The notes under the pieces are model-generated. The model saw only the letters and a program-made list of their open reading frames with translations. It was not told the DNA's origin and made no database searches. The translations under genes and the position numbers were made by a program. Below, in pieces: positions 54,166 to 64,000 of a stretch of DNA of 64,000 nucleotides. The stretch comes from Spirochaetota bacterium (GTDB lineage: Bacteria > Spirochaetota > UBA4802 > JAFGDQ01), in NCBI GenBank assembly GCA_043803405.1, contig JAZDKB010000015.1, forward strand, positions 96,001 to 160,000, given 5' to 3'. Position 1 is the stretch's first letter, and every line of letters starts with the position of its first letter.

Positions 54166-56241
54166 ATGTTAAACCATGCTAATTTTTTATGCGAAATAGG
54201 AACAGAAGAAATACCTGCAGGATACATTCCGCCAATAATTAAAGATCTGACTAACATCTTTAAACAGAAACTTGATGAAAACAGGATACGCTTCAACGAA
54301 CTCGAAGTGTATGCCACCCCAAGAAGACTGGCGATTCTTGCCTCTGAAGTGGCAGACTCGCAAAGCGAAGAAGAAATTGAAATTAAAGGGCCGTCCCTCA
54401 AGGCTGCCTATGACGAGAAAGGCCAGCCTACAAAAGCCTTGTCCGGTTTTATTAATGGAAATAAAATACAGAAAGAGAATATTTTTTCAAAAAAAACGGA
54501 TAAAGGCGAGTATGTTTTTGCCAGAAAAAAAATGGATAGCAGTAAATCTGAAGAAATTATCCCAAGTATAATTGAATTTGTCATTAAGAATATAGGCACA
54601 CCTAAGAAAATGAGATGGAGCGATAAAACGACAGCGTTCCCAAGACCGATCTCTTATTTTTTATTATTACTGAATAATAAAACTGTAAAATTTGAACTTT
54701 CGGGAATAAAGGCTTCAAATCTTACGAGAGGCCATTATATTCAAAACAACAGAATGATTGAGATTAATAGTATTAATGATTACGAGTCCTGCCTCACTCG
54801 GAACAACATTGTACTCGATCACTTAAAAAGAAAAGAACATATACACAATGAGTTATTAAAAGCCGCAAATAAGATAGGCGGACAGCTTGTCGAAGATGAA
54901 GAACTCCTCGATACAGTCACATTTTTAACTGAAAATCCGCATGTAGTTATATGTGAATTTGATAAGAAATTTTTAATTATTCCGGATATCGTACTGATAA
55001 CAGAAATGAAGGTACATCAGAAATATTTTGCAGTAACTGGCAAGGATGGCAAATTAATACAGAATTTCCTTGTAATCTCAAACAATCCGCCGACTGATCA
55101 TATTAAAAAAGGCAATGAAAGGGTAATAAGCGCCAGATTTAATGATGCAGCTTTCTTTTTTCATGAGGACAGAAAAACAAAACTTATCGACAAAATCGAT
55201 TCCCTTAAAAGCGTTCTTTTTCATAAAGAGCTTGGGACAATCTATGATAAAATCGAAAGAATGCTTTTCATTGCAGATTATATTTCCAAAATGCTGAATA
55301 TTGAACCGAAAGTTGCTGAAAAAATAAAAAGGGCTATCATGCTTTCCAAGGCCGACCTTGTCACCTCCATGGTATTCGAGTTTTCATCATTGCAGGGTAA
55401 GATGGGTAAGATTTATGCGCTTCTGGACGGAGAGGACGAGGAAACAGCAAACGCGATCGATGAACACTATAAGCCAAGATTTCAGGACGACAGGCTGCCG
55501 ACAAACCTGATTAGCGTAGCAGTTTCAATCGCTGAAAAGCTTGATAATATCTTCGGCTCATTTTCAGTAGGAAACATTCCTAAGGGTTCGGAAGATCCTT
55601 ATGCGCTCAGACGACAGGCCAATGCGGTAGTCGACACTTTAATAAAAAATAATTTAAATATAGAACTGGATAATATTCTCACTCATATTTCATCGCTATA
55701 TAAAAACGGCAAATCACACACGGTTAAAATACTGGAATTTATTGCAGCGCGGGCAAAAACTATCTTTCTGGAAACCGGATACAGATATGATGAAATTGAC
55801 GCGTGTCTTTCAATAAATTATTATAATTATTCAGAACTCTTTAAAAGAGCTGCCAGCATTCACGAATTCAGAAAAAATCCAAACTTTTCCGAAATGCTTT
55901 TAAGCTTTAAAAGAATGAATAATATTCTAACAATATTTTTTACAAAAAATCCAGATTACACACTTCGCTTTACTCCTGAAAAACTTGAAGAAGATGCTGA
56001 AAAAGCTTTATTTCAATTTTTTAATTCTAAAAAAAATGAAATAACTAACTTTATTCACCTTAATAATTACGCGAATCTTTTCAGCCTCTTAATAGATGCT
56101 AAATTAATAATTGACACGTTCTTCGACCGTGTTATGGTTATGAGCGAGCAAATTGAATTAAGAGACAATCGTCTTGCTCTTCTTGACAGCATACTTAATC
56201 CGTTTAAAAATCTGCTTGATTTTTCAAAAATATCGGATTAA
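54166..56241 (+). CDS. glyS: Glycine-tRNA ligase beta subunit
   Basis: EIGTEEIP, TPRRLA, HQKYF, GSEDPYALRR, NRLALL. Confidence 0.96.
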   Translation: MLNHANFLCEIGTEEIPAGYIPPIIKDLTNIFKQKLDENRIRFNELEVYATPRRLAILASEVADSQSEEEIEIKGPSLKAAYDEKGQPTKALSGFINGNKIQKENIFSKKTDKGEYVFARKKMDSSKSEEIIPSIIEFVIKNIGTPKKMRWSDKTTAFPRPISYFLLLLNNKTVKFELSGIKASNLTRGHYIQNNRMIEINSINDYESCLTRNNIVLDHLKRKEHIHNELLKAANKIGGQLVEDEELLDTVTFLTENPHVVICEFDKKFLIIPDIVLITEMKVHQKYFAVTGKDGKLIQNFLVISNNPPTDHIKKGNERVISARFNDAAFFFHEDRKTKLIDKIDSLKSVLFHKELGTIYDKIERMLFIADYISKMLNIEPKVAEKIKRAIMLSKADLVTSMVFEFSSLQGKMGKIYALLDGEDEETANAIDEHYKPRFQDDRLPTNLISVAVSIAEKLDNIFGSFSVGNIPKGSEDPYALRRQANAVVDTLIKNNLNIELDNILTHISSLYKNGKSHTVKILEFIAARAKTIFLETGYRYDEIDACLSINYYNYSELFKRAASIHEFRKNPNFSEMLLSFKRMNNILTIFFTKNPDYTLRFTPEKLEEDAEKALFQFFNSKKNEITNFIHLNNYANLFSLLIDAKLIIDTFFDRVMVMSEQIELRDNRLALLDSILNPFKNLLDFSKISD

Positions 56242-56267
56242 ACTGCTTTTCAATATTATACAAAAAA

Positions 56268-57164
56268 ATGAACAACTATCATATTTATAACCGAAAAACA
56301 ATCGAAGATGTAATCTATTCAGAAGGCATAGGAATCCACTCCGGTAAAATCACAAGACTGCGTTTTTTGCCTGCAGATCTCAATACAGGTATAATATTTA
56401 TCAATAAAAAATTCGGTATGAAATCGCCCATACAGGCTACACCGGATGCTGTTAAAGATACTAATTTTGCCATGACTTTATCAAACGAAAAATGGCAGGT
56501 CGGAACAGTTGAGCATCTTCTGTCTTTTTTTTATATTTACGGCATAACGGATATTATTGTCGAAGTTGATGGAAATGAAATACCGATCTACGACGGTTCG
56601 GTTAATCCTATTATAAATATTTTTAACGAAAAAAAATTTTATATTTATGAAGAAATAAATTACCCGATCAAAATATTAAATCCGATATGGCTATTTGATG
56701 CAAACAAATTCGTATTAGTGCTCCCGGCGGATGAAGCCGAAATATCATACACAATTCATTACGATCACCCGTTAATAAAATCGCAGTTTGCTCAATTCAG
56801 CCTGGTAAAAGACGTGTTTAATAAAGAAATAGCGCCTGCCAGAACTTACGGCTTCCTTAAAGATGTAAGTTATTTGCATAAAAATTCACTCGGATTGGGC
56901 GGTAGCCTGCAAAACACATTGCTGATCTCCGATGACTCTTTTTTAAATGAACCCAGATTTGAGAATGAATGCGTAAGACATAAAATTCTGGATTTCATCG
57001 GCGATATTTCATTAATAGGAAAACCGTTAATCGGTCATTTTATCGTTTCAAAATCAGGCCACACATTAAATCTTGCTTTTATAAAAAAAGTAAAAGAAAT
57101 CTACAGCATCCTGGATATCGGCAATAAAATAGAATTTCAATCAAAAGTGCTGAACTCTATATAA
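56268..57164 (+). CDS. lpxC: UDP-3-O-acyl-GlcNAc deacetylase
   Basis: GIGIHSG, TVEHLLS, EIPIYDGS, RHKILDFIGD. Confidence 0.94.
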   Translation: MNNYHIYNRKTIEDVIYSEGIGIHSGKITRLRFLPADLNTGIIFINKKFGMKSPIQATPDAVKDTNFAMTLSNEKWQVGTVEHLLSFFYIYGITDIIVEVDGNEIPIYDGSVNPIINIFNEKKFYIYEEINYPIKILNPIWLFDANKFVLVLPADEAEISYTIHYDHPLIKSQFAQFSLVKDVFNKEIAPARTYGFLKDVSYLHKNSLGLGGSLQNTLLISDDSFLNEPRFENECVRHKILDFIGDISLIGKPLIGHFIVSKSGHTLNLAFIKKVKEIYSILDIGNKIEFQSKVLNSI

Positions 57165-57168
57165 AATA

Positions 57169-57909
57169 TTACTTACAGGATTCCGCATTTTTAATGATTA
57201 TTTCATCATAATCGGCAATAGCCGTACTTTTTGTGTCATTTGAATCGGACAATATTGCTATTAAATACGGATCATATTTCGGATCTTCTTTAAAAACTTT
57301 CCTGTAATCATTAAGGACATTCCTTTCTTCGTTCATCCATTTACCTGCATTACCTAATCCGGATTCAATAACAAAAAAATAACCCTCATAAATGACAGAT
57401 CCCAACTTAGTCTTTTCTTTACGTACTATTTTTCCTTGGGGAAGCGTTGTGCTCCATACATATTTTATGACATTTACAGGCTGATATTCCCACGAAAGAA
57501 ACGGTATGCGGCTTCTCTGGAATAAAATATAAATCGAAGCTCCGCTGTCGTTCTTCCCTCTCGCCTCTTCATTAGCATTTTCCGGCAGTGATTTCATCCG
57601 CCATTTCCATGAAAGTACCGGATAAGACTTAATATCCCATGTTATCTTTTTTGCAATCTGAACCGAGTTTCCTTTGGATACTGCATTTAAAAATTTATTT
57701 TTATTCTCCTCGGTTATTTTATAAACACTAGATGCTTCTTTTTTATTATCAGATCTTAAAAGCCATGTATTAAATATATCATCTTTATCCGAGTATTTTT
57801 CAAAATTTTCAAAAATAATAACCTTATCCTGAGCAATACAATAAATAGAATAAAAAACAGCTGCTATTATTAACGAAATAATTCTTATATATGGAGCAAA
57901 GCATTTCAT
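57169..57909 (-). CDS. DUF3047-like exported protein
   Basis: Signal peptide; YPVLSWKW, IKYVWS, WMNEERN, SDSNDT. Confidence 0.8.
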   Translation of the reverse strand: MKCFAPYIRIISLIIAAVFYSIYCIAQDKVIIFENFEKYSDKDDIFNTWLLRSDNKKEASSVYKITEENKNKFLNAVSKGNSVQIAKKITWDIKSYPVLSWKWRMKSLPENANEEARGKNDSGASIYILFQRSRIPFLSWEYQPVNVIKYVWSTTLPQGKIVRKEKTKLGSVIYEGYFFVIESGLGNAGKWMNEERNVLNDYRKVFKEDPKYDPYLIAILSDSNDTKSTAIADYDEIIIKNAESCK

Positions 57910-58055
57910 ATAATTTTCCTTTTGATTATAATTATAACTTTATTTTAAATCTTAGCAATAAGAAATTTATTTATTGCTTATACATCTGTTAAAATTTAAA
58001 ATGTCAAAATTAAATGATGAATTTATATAACGCAGACAAAGCAAGCGGAGGAAAC

Positions 58056-58721
58056 ATGAAAGTTATCGACGGCATTTATGCTTATATATGGAAAAGCGTA
58101 TTTGAAAATAATTCCAACATGTATTTTTTCGGTGAACCACTGAATATGGTATTTGATCCAGGTCTGAACAACTATATGGACCTAAGACTTATGGAAATGC
58201 AAAAAGACGGAATAAATACTGATGATATAAAATATATTGTCAATACTCACGGGCATCTGGATCATTATGAAGGCAGCGCATACTTTATGAAAAAAAATAT
58301 TCCTATTGCTATATTTAAAGATGAAATTGACTATGTAAGTAAAACAGGCCCGATGTTTTATCAGATGATGGGCATGAAAATGGTGGAAGTCAAATTCGAT
58401 ACTTCTCTTAAAGAAGGGATATGGAAAATAGGCGATACCGAACTCGAAATATTTAATACTCCCGGGCACTCGCCCGGTTCAATTTGCCTGTACTGGCCTG
58501 AGAAAAAAACTCTTGTATGCGGGGATTTGATTTTCGACAATAGCGTAGGCAGGGTAGACTTCCCGGGCGGAAGCAGCGATCAATTAAAAGACAGTATAAG
58601 AAAAATGTCCGAACTTGATATCGAGATTCTTTTACCAGGGCACATGGGCTTTATAAAAGGAAAAAATTACGTTAAAAAAAATTTTGATTTTATTATTAAT
58701 CAATATTTTCCATTAATTTAA
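58056..58721 (+). CDS. MBL-fold metallo-hydrolase
   Basis: THGHLDH, TPGHSPG, GDLIF, PGH; GGAGG SD. Confidence 0.92.
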   Translation: MKVIDGIYAYIWKSVFENNSNMYFFGEPLNMVFDPGLNNYMDLRLMEMQKDGINTDDIKYIVNTHGHLDHYEGSAYFMKKNIPIAIFKDEIDYVSKTGPMFYQMMGMKMVEVKFDTSLKEGIWKIGDTELEIFNTPGHSPGSICLYWPEKKTLVCGDLIFDNSVGRVDFPGGSSDQLKDSIRKMSELDIEILLPGHMGFIKGKNYVKKNFDFIINQYFPLI

Positions 58722-58846
58722 AACCAATTCTTTTTTATATTATTACGATGTCTCATGAGAATAATCGATAATATAGCCGTTGACTATTTAAACATTATCC
58801 CTGAATCTGTTTTTAAATTCAAACCCCGGAAAATTATAAAATATAT

Positions 58847-59812
58847 ATGATCGATGCAATCGATATTTTAAAAGATTCGCTTCTTTTTTCAAAACTTAAA
58901 CCGGCAGCACTACAGCTAATTGCGAAATACAGCAACATTGTCAAATTTAATGACAACGAAACAATTTTTACTGAAGGAAGCATCGGAGATTCGCTTTATA
59001 TTGTAAATTCCGGCGGAGTACGCATTATAAAAAAAACAGATGATAATAAAAAATATGACATTGCTAAATTCATAAAAGGCGAACTTTTCGGAGAACTTGA
59101 TCTTTTCGAAAACGTACCCAGGAATGCATCAGCCGTCGCAGAGCAGGATACAGCACTGCTTATATTCCCTAAAAAGGGAAAAAAATTTACTGATATTTTA
59201 AAAAAACATCCGGAAATTTTTGCCAATATACTTCATGAGCTGATAGCTATGACCGCTCACAGGATCAGAGAAACTAACAAGCTGGTTTCGGAAAAAACGA
59301 AGTGGATTGAGGAACTGCGTGGCCAGCTTTTATTTGATAAGCTCACCGGAATGTACAACCGTTCATATCTTACAGATGAATTTAATAAATCGTTAGCGGC
59401 ATCCAATATATGTACCGGTATTCTTTTTATAAAACCCGATAACTTCAAATATATAAACGATACATTCGGACATGCCGCAGGCGACGCAACATTACTTCAC
59501 ATTGCCGATGCTATTAAATCCGGTCTTAAAGATAACGAAATCGGTATTAGATACAGAAGCGACGAGTTTATTGTAGTATCGCCCGATACAACTATTGACA
59601 AAGCTATTATGAGAGGTAAGGCAATATTAAATGTTATAAACAACATTGATATGGAACGGATCACTAACGGTAAAAAATTTAATTTTACTACAAGCATAGG
59701 CATATCTATTTATCCCCAGCATTCAACGGACCCGGTCATGCTTGTGGAAATAGCTTTCAATAAAATGATGGAGATAAGAGCAAATGGCGGCAATAAAGTT
59801 TTAAGCGCATAA
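58847..59812 (+). CDS. cNMP-binding + degenerate GGDEF protein
   Basis: FGEL..PRNAS; DKLTGMYNR; active site reads RSDEF. Confidence 0.88.
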   Translation: MIDAIDILKDSLLFSKLKPAALQLIAKYSNIVKFNDNETIFTEGSIGDSLYIVNSGGVRIIKKTDDNKKYDIAKFIKGELFGELDLFENVPRNASAVAEQDTALLIFPKKGKKFTDILKKHPEIFANILHELIAMTAHRIRETNKLVSEKTKWIEELRGQLLFDKLTGMYNRSYLTDEFNKSLAASNICTGILFIKPDNFKYINDTFGHAAGDATLLHIADAIKSGLKDNEIGIRYRSDEFIVVSPDTTIDKAIMRGKAILNVINNIDMERITNGKKFNFTTSIGISIYPQHSTDPVMLVEIAFNKMMEIRANGGNKVLSA

Positions 59813-59860
59813 TGTTACATCTGTTAAACAATAAATATAATGGCATATTTAATGATATAA

Positions 59861-60835
59861 ATGAGCAAAAATAAAATACAATTTTTAAAAAGGGTCATCA
59901 TCTTTAATTCATTTTCAGAACAAGAACTTAAAAAAATAGAAGAGTGCCTTATCCCTGTAACAATAGAAAAAAATGAAAAATTGTTTAGTGAAGGCGATGA
60001 AGGAAATGAATTTTATATTGTTGAGAGCGGAGTTATTTCCAGTTCAATAAATTGTACTGACGGCAGTCAGAAGGAGATTGCTCTATTTAAATCCGGAGAT
60101 TGTTTTGGAGAAATGTCGATCTTTGAAAATGCGCCCAGATCCGCGTCCTGTTATTCGAAGGAAGATTCTTCTCTGTATAAATTCCGGAAAACGGACTTTT
60201 TCAAACTGCTTGAATCCGAACCCGACTTTGCAATCAGGATAATGTATAAAATACTTAACATAACTACTCAAAGGCTAAGGAACACGGGTAATTTTCTTTC
60301 GGATATGGTGCGTTGGGGTAACGATGCAAGCAAACGCGCGGTTACCGACGAGCTTACCGGCATTTACAACAGACGATATCTGGACAGCGCCCTGGAAGAT
60401 TACTTTCTGACGGCAAAAGCCGCAGGGAAACCGTTAAGCCTTATAATGATCGATCTCGATTATTTCAGGGAGATCAATAATCAATACAAACACGAAACAG
60501 GGGATAAAGCTATTATTGAAATAGTCAGGGCTTCACAAAAACATTTGCGTGAGCTTGACAGCATGGCAAGATACGGCGGTGATGAATTTACGATCATTCT
60601 ACGCGACACTGACCAGGGAGCGGCATTTGCCATTGCAGAAAAAATACGCATTGAAGTGGCTAACGTTGACCTTTTAAAAAATTCAGGCGGAAGCATGACA
60701 AACCTGTCGCTAAGCATGGGACTTGCTTCGTTCCCGAAAAATGCCGATACACTGAAGGAGTTGCGCGCTAAAGCCGACCAGGCTCTTTATAAAGCCAAGG
60801 AAAACGGCAGGAACAGGGTTTGTTGCGCGGATTAA
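59861..60835 (+). CDS. cNMP-binding diguanylate cyclase
   Basis: FGEMS..PRSAS; DLDYFR; RELD I-site; RYGGDEF. Confidence 0.93.
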   Translation: MSKNKIQFLKRVIIFNSFSEQELKKIEECLIPVTIEKNEKLFSEGDEGNEFYIVESGVISSSINCTDGSQKEIALFKSGDCFGEMSIFENAPRSASCYSKEDSSLYKFRKTDFFKLLESEPDFAIRIMYKILNITTQRLRNTGNFLSDMVRWGNDASKRAVTDELTGIYNRRYLDSALEDYFLTAKAAGKPLSLIMIDLDYFREINNQYKHETGDKAIIEIVRASQKHLRELDSMARYGGDEFTIILRDTDQGAAFAIAEKIRIEVANVDLLKNSGGSMTNLSLSMGLASFPKNADTLKELRAKADQALYKAKENGRNRVCCAD

Positions 60836-60912
60836 TAAAATTAATATATTTGACTTGTTGTAAAAGTGTCTTCTCCATCAGTATAAAATTACAATGTAAT
60901 TATGTTTATACC

Positions 60913-62442
60913 ATGAAAACAAATAAAAAACGAATATACCTTATCAATCCTCTTAATCCTGAAAATTTCTGGACAATGCAAAGCTCGGTTAAAGCTGTAG
61001 GCGCTAAAACACTTATGCCGAATGCTGCCCTGGCTACGTTAATCTCGCTTACTCCGAAAGACCTGGACATAGAATACATATATTGTGATGAAAATATTTC
61101 AGGAATTGACTGGGATACCGATTGCGACCTCGCAGCAGTTACAGGCTACACTCTTCATTCGAAGCGAATCGGCGAAATATGTAATGAATTCAAAAAAAGA
61201 AAAATTCCTGTAGCTCTGGGCGGAACATTCGCAACTCTCCATCGTGAAGAAGCCCAAAAACTGGCAGATTACCTGTTTATTTATGAAGGCGAATATACAT
61301 GGCCGAAATTTCTGAAGGAATGGATAAACGGGAAACCTGCGCATGTATACCTGCAGGAGAAACATATAGATATGAAAGACAGCCCTGCGCCCGACTGGTC
61401 GCATATAAAAGGTAAAGAGTATTTGTATTTTACTGTTCAGACCAGCAGAGGATGCCCCAACAACTGTGATTTCTGCGATGCCATAAAACTGGTAGGCCGT
61501 AAATACAGAACGAAATCCATTGAACAAATAATGACCGAAATCAAAAACGCTTACAATGCGGGAGCTGAGACCATCTTTTTTTCCGAAGACAACTTTTTTG
61601 TAAAGAAGTCATTTACCAAAAAGCTTCTTACGGAAATTATCAGGCTTAACACCACCCTGCCCTCTCCGTTATCCTTTAGCGCACAGGCAACCATTAAAAT
61701 AAGCAACGATGAAGAAATTCTGAAGATGCTGGCAGACGCGCGTTTCTCGGTTATCTTTTTAGGAGTTGAGAGCATTCGGAAAGAATGCCTTGATGAAATC
61801 AACAAAGGCCACATTTACCAGTTCAATCCGTCGCAGGCGGTTGCAAGGATATCGAGCTACGGGATTATTCCGTTTGTTGGTTTGATAGTCGGCTTCGATA
61901 ACGACGATGCTTCAACCTTTCCGGAACTTGAAAAATTTCTGAATGATACGGCAAGCCCTATTGCCTCCGTCAGTATACTAAACGCACCCGGGAATACAAC
62001 GCTTTATCAAAGAATGAAAAAAGTCGGCAGGATAAACGATAACTTTCAGGGCTTGTGGCATTTTTCCACAAATATTATTCCGCGTTCAATGCCTATTTCC
62101 GAACTTGTTACAAGGCATCGTACTTTGTTTAAAAATTTATATGAACCGGAAAACTTTGAATTGCGCGCTTTAAACTGGATGAAAAATATAAAATATTATA
62201 CAAATATTTATAAAGACTCAAAGACCAATTTATCTAAATTATTCAAGTTCTTTTATATTTTACGATATTATATTTTAAATGAACCCCTGCCTGTGATCCG
62301 GATGTTCTTCAGGCTTATAAAAAAATCCTGGAAAATAAATCCCAGGATGGTAAAAAAAGCTATTACTCTTTTATCCCAGTATTGCCATTATTACGACTTC
62401 GCGAACAATGCCTCATGGCAAAAGCTGAAGGATGAGGTTTAA
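60913..62442 (+). CDS. B12-binding radical SAM protein (DUF4070/HpnP-like)
   Basis: ALGGTFAT, QTSRGCPNNCDFC, EDNF, IVGFDND. Confidence 0.88.
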   Translation: MKTNKKRIYLINPLNPENFWTMQSSVKAVGAKTLMPNAALATLISLTPKDLDIEYIYCDENISGIDWDTDCDLAAVTGYTLHSKRIGEICNEFKKRKIPVALGGTFATLHREEAQKLADYLFIYEGEYTWPKFLKEWINGKPAHVYLQEKHIDMKDSPAPDWSHIKGKEYLYFTVQTSRGCPNNCDFCDAIKLVGRKYRTKSIEQIMTEIKNAYNAGAETIFFSEDNFFVKKSFTKKLLTEIIRLNTTLPSPLSFSAQATIKISNDEEILKMLADARFSVIFLGVESIRKECLDEINKGHIYQFNPSQAVARISSYGIIPFVGLIVGFDNDDASTFPELEKFLNDTASPIASVSILNAPGNTTLYQRMKKVGRINDNFQGLWHFSTNIIPRSMPISELVTRHRTLFKNLYEPENFELRALNWMKNIKYYTNIYKDSKTNLSKLFKFFYILRYYILNEPLPVIRMFFRLIKKSWKINPRMVKKAITLLSQYCHYYDFANNASWQKLKDEV

Positions 62443-63458
62443 TGCTGCATCAGCTTTAAAATAGAGCCTGCTCTTTTTAATACTTTTTCGGATTTCATCG
62501 GTTCGTATTCAAGAAGAATTTTGCCAGCCGCCGCGACCCTGCTTTTGTAAGGCTGCTTCAGCTTCACGGTAAAATAATACCATGTAAAATATTCCACAAA
62601 ATCCTCTGCCCAGTTCTGCGCTCCGTAAAGAGAGACAAACGGTGTACGTGAAAAAGCATTATAAACTCCGGCAGCTTTTTGTGCAGGTATACTTGGCCCG
62701 TGACCAAGTCCGTAAAAAGAAATGTCCCTTCTTAAAGAAAAATCAAAATCCTTAGCCGGTTCATCGTAATTTATCCAGACCTCCTTTGTGAAATCCGTCT
62801 CGGGCAAAGAGAATCCAAGCTCGCGCATGTCTTCCTCCACATAAGGAGTATAATGTTCAACATAATCGACGAGATGCGTTGTTTCATGAAGCAGAATATA
62901 TATTAATCCAGAGTAATTTTTTCCGCAATCAATAGTTATTTTAATATCGTTTGCCTGCGTATCGGCAGTAAAACATGTATTTTCCCTGTATGTCATCCAG
63001 TCCGATATATTGTTACGCAATGTTTCGGGATTTATTATTAAAACTCCGAATATCCTGTCCTGTCCTTCCAGAACATACTCCACCATGCCGCTTCCTGTAA
63101 AGTTATTGATAAAGTATATGCCTATGAGGCGGTCTTTAAGTATGTTCTGATGTATTTGCGGCAGCAGTGCTAAATATTTCCTGATAATTGTTATCTCATG
63201 TTTAGCCGGCATGTATATGCTGTATGTTGAATTATTATCAATTTCTTTCAGATAACTCAGCAAAAAGTCAGGTGCAGCCTTTACTCTTTCTTCCAGGGGA
63301 GTTTCAGGATTAAAAGCGTAGCTTGTATAATTCTTTGCAGGAGTTCCGGATATTTTATTTCTTAGCGATATTCTCGCCTGGTTAGTAGAGCATGTAAAAA
63401 ATGTCAGTGCGGTCAGGATTAAAACAAGGCGAGTAATCAACTTTTTTTGTTTTAACAT
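62439..63458 (-). CDS. Lipoprotein, putative zinc metallopeptidase
   Basis: Lipobox FFTC; HETTH plus SLYG...AEDFVE. Confidence 0.7.
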   Translation of the reverse strand: MLKQKKLITRLVLILTALTFFTCSTNQARISLRNKISGTPAKNYTSYAFNPETPLEERVKAAPDFLLSYLKEIDNNSTYSIYMPAKHEITIIRKYLALLPQIHQNILKDRLIGIYFINNFTGSGMVEYVLEGQDRIFGVLIINPETLRNNISDWMTYRENTCFTADTQANDIKITIDCGKNYSGLIYILLHETTHLVDYVEHYTPYVEEDMRELGFSLPETDFTKEVWINYDEPAKDFDFSLRRDISFYGLGHGPSIPAQKAAGVYNAFSRTPFVSLYGAQNWAEDFVEYFTWYYFTVKLKQPYKSRVAAAGKILLEYEPMKSEKVLKRAGSILKLMQH

Positions 63459-63501
63459 TTATGCTGCCTTTGGAAATTTACATGATGAGTTATCTTCATA
63501 A

Positions 63502-63867
63502 TCAAAGAACGTACTCCAGAATTTTCGAGTACACAAAATCCGCTATCTGTTTATCTATGTCCCTGCTTTCATTCCTGAAAGCGGCCGACACGTTTTCTTT
63601 TTCGAATATGCCGTCCGCGGTTAATATGGGGCTAGCTTTGTGTTTTCCCGACTGGCTTTCACCATCGTCAATTTTATCGTGCGAAAAGCCGGTTTCTTTT
63701 TTCCATGTAAGCACTCTCTGATTTTTCCGTATGTCATAACAAAGCTGGAAGCCCATTATATTGTTCTCATCGCTGATCCATACAATAAGATCGAAATAAT
63801 CGCTCCAGAACCATCTGCGTTTATGTTCTCCATCAATTTGCTGTACGTTAGCTGTTTCTTTTAACAT
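63502..63867 (-). CDS. Hypothetical protein
   Basis: 121 aa, RRWFWSDYFDLIVW...GFQLCYD; co-directional with the lipoprotein gene. Confidence 0.7.
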   Translation of the reverse strand: MLKETANVQQIDGEHKRRWFWSDYFDLIVWISDENNIMGFQLCYDIRKNQRVLTWKKETGFSHDKIDDGESQSGKHKASPILTADGIFEKENVSAAFRNESRDIDKQIADFVYSKILEYVL

Positions 63868-64000
63868 AATAAAGTAAAAACATACTCTTATTATACGGAT
63901 TATAATCGATTATCCTCAATATAATTATCACACTGAAAATATCTTGACAAGTTATTTTTTTTACTAATATAAACGCTTAATGGCATCCGCTGCAAATGAC

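Noticed and set aside
19082..63864. Numerous antisense or nested short ORFs within long genes
   Set aside because: Overlap well-supported CDSs and lack motifs

Overview
AT-rich bacterial chromosomal window. The 16S 5' signature, a LpxC/bactofilin/M23 gene set and the rimP-to-pnp-to-M16 order suggest an uncultured, probably anaerobic spirochaete related to Leptospirae (inference, no database search run). Contents in order: a truncated CHASE2 sensor; ychF; an rRNA operon (16S-tRNA-Ile-tRNA-Ala-23S) that terminates without 5S; a PLD-family enzyme; a solitary 987-aa discoidin/phage tail-fibre-like protein with eleven 32-aa repeats; plsB; tRNA-Pro; a 1573-aa CoA-activase fusion; three toxin-antitoxin modules; an anaerobic glpABC operon split by inserted DNA; gpmI-glgA; the rimP-nusA-infB-rbfA-truB-rpsO-pnp cluster; glyS-lpxC; and two tandem cNMP-GGDEF proteins, one intact and one degenerate. 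The most unusual feature is a 2.7-kb cassette between glpA and glpB. It is bounded by an imperfect direct repeat that duplicates the glpB translation-start region, and it carries a 21-bp-periodic non-coding array plus three lipoprotein genes, one with an amber stop in its signal peptide. Also notable are two unrelated REP-like palindromes, a truB lacking any ATG/GTG/TTG start, and a probable leaderless antitoxin transcript. No CRISPR array, integrase, transposase or prophage was seen. Product calls come from motif recognition only.
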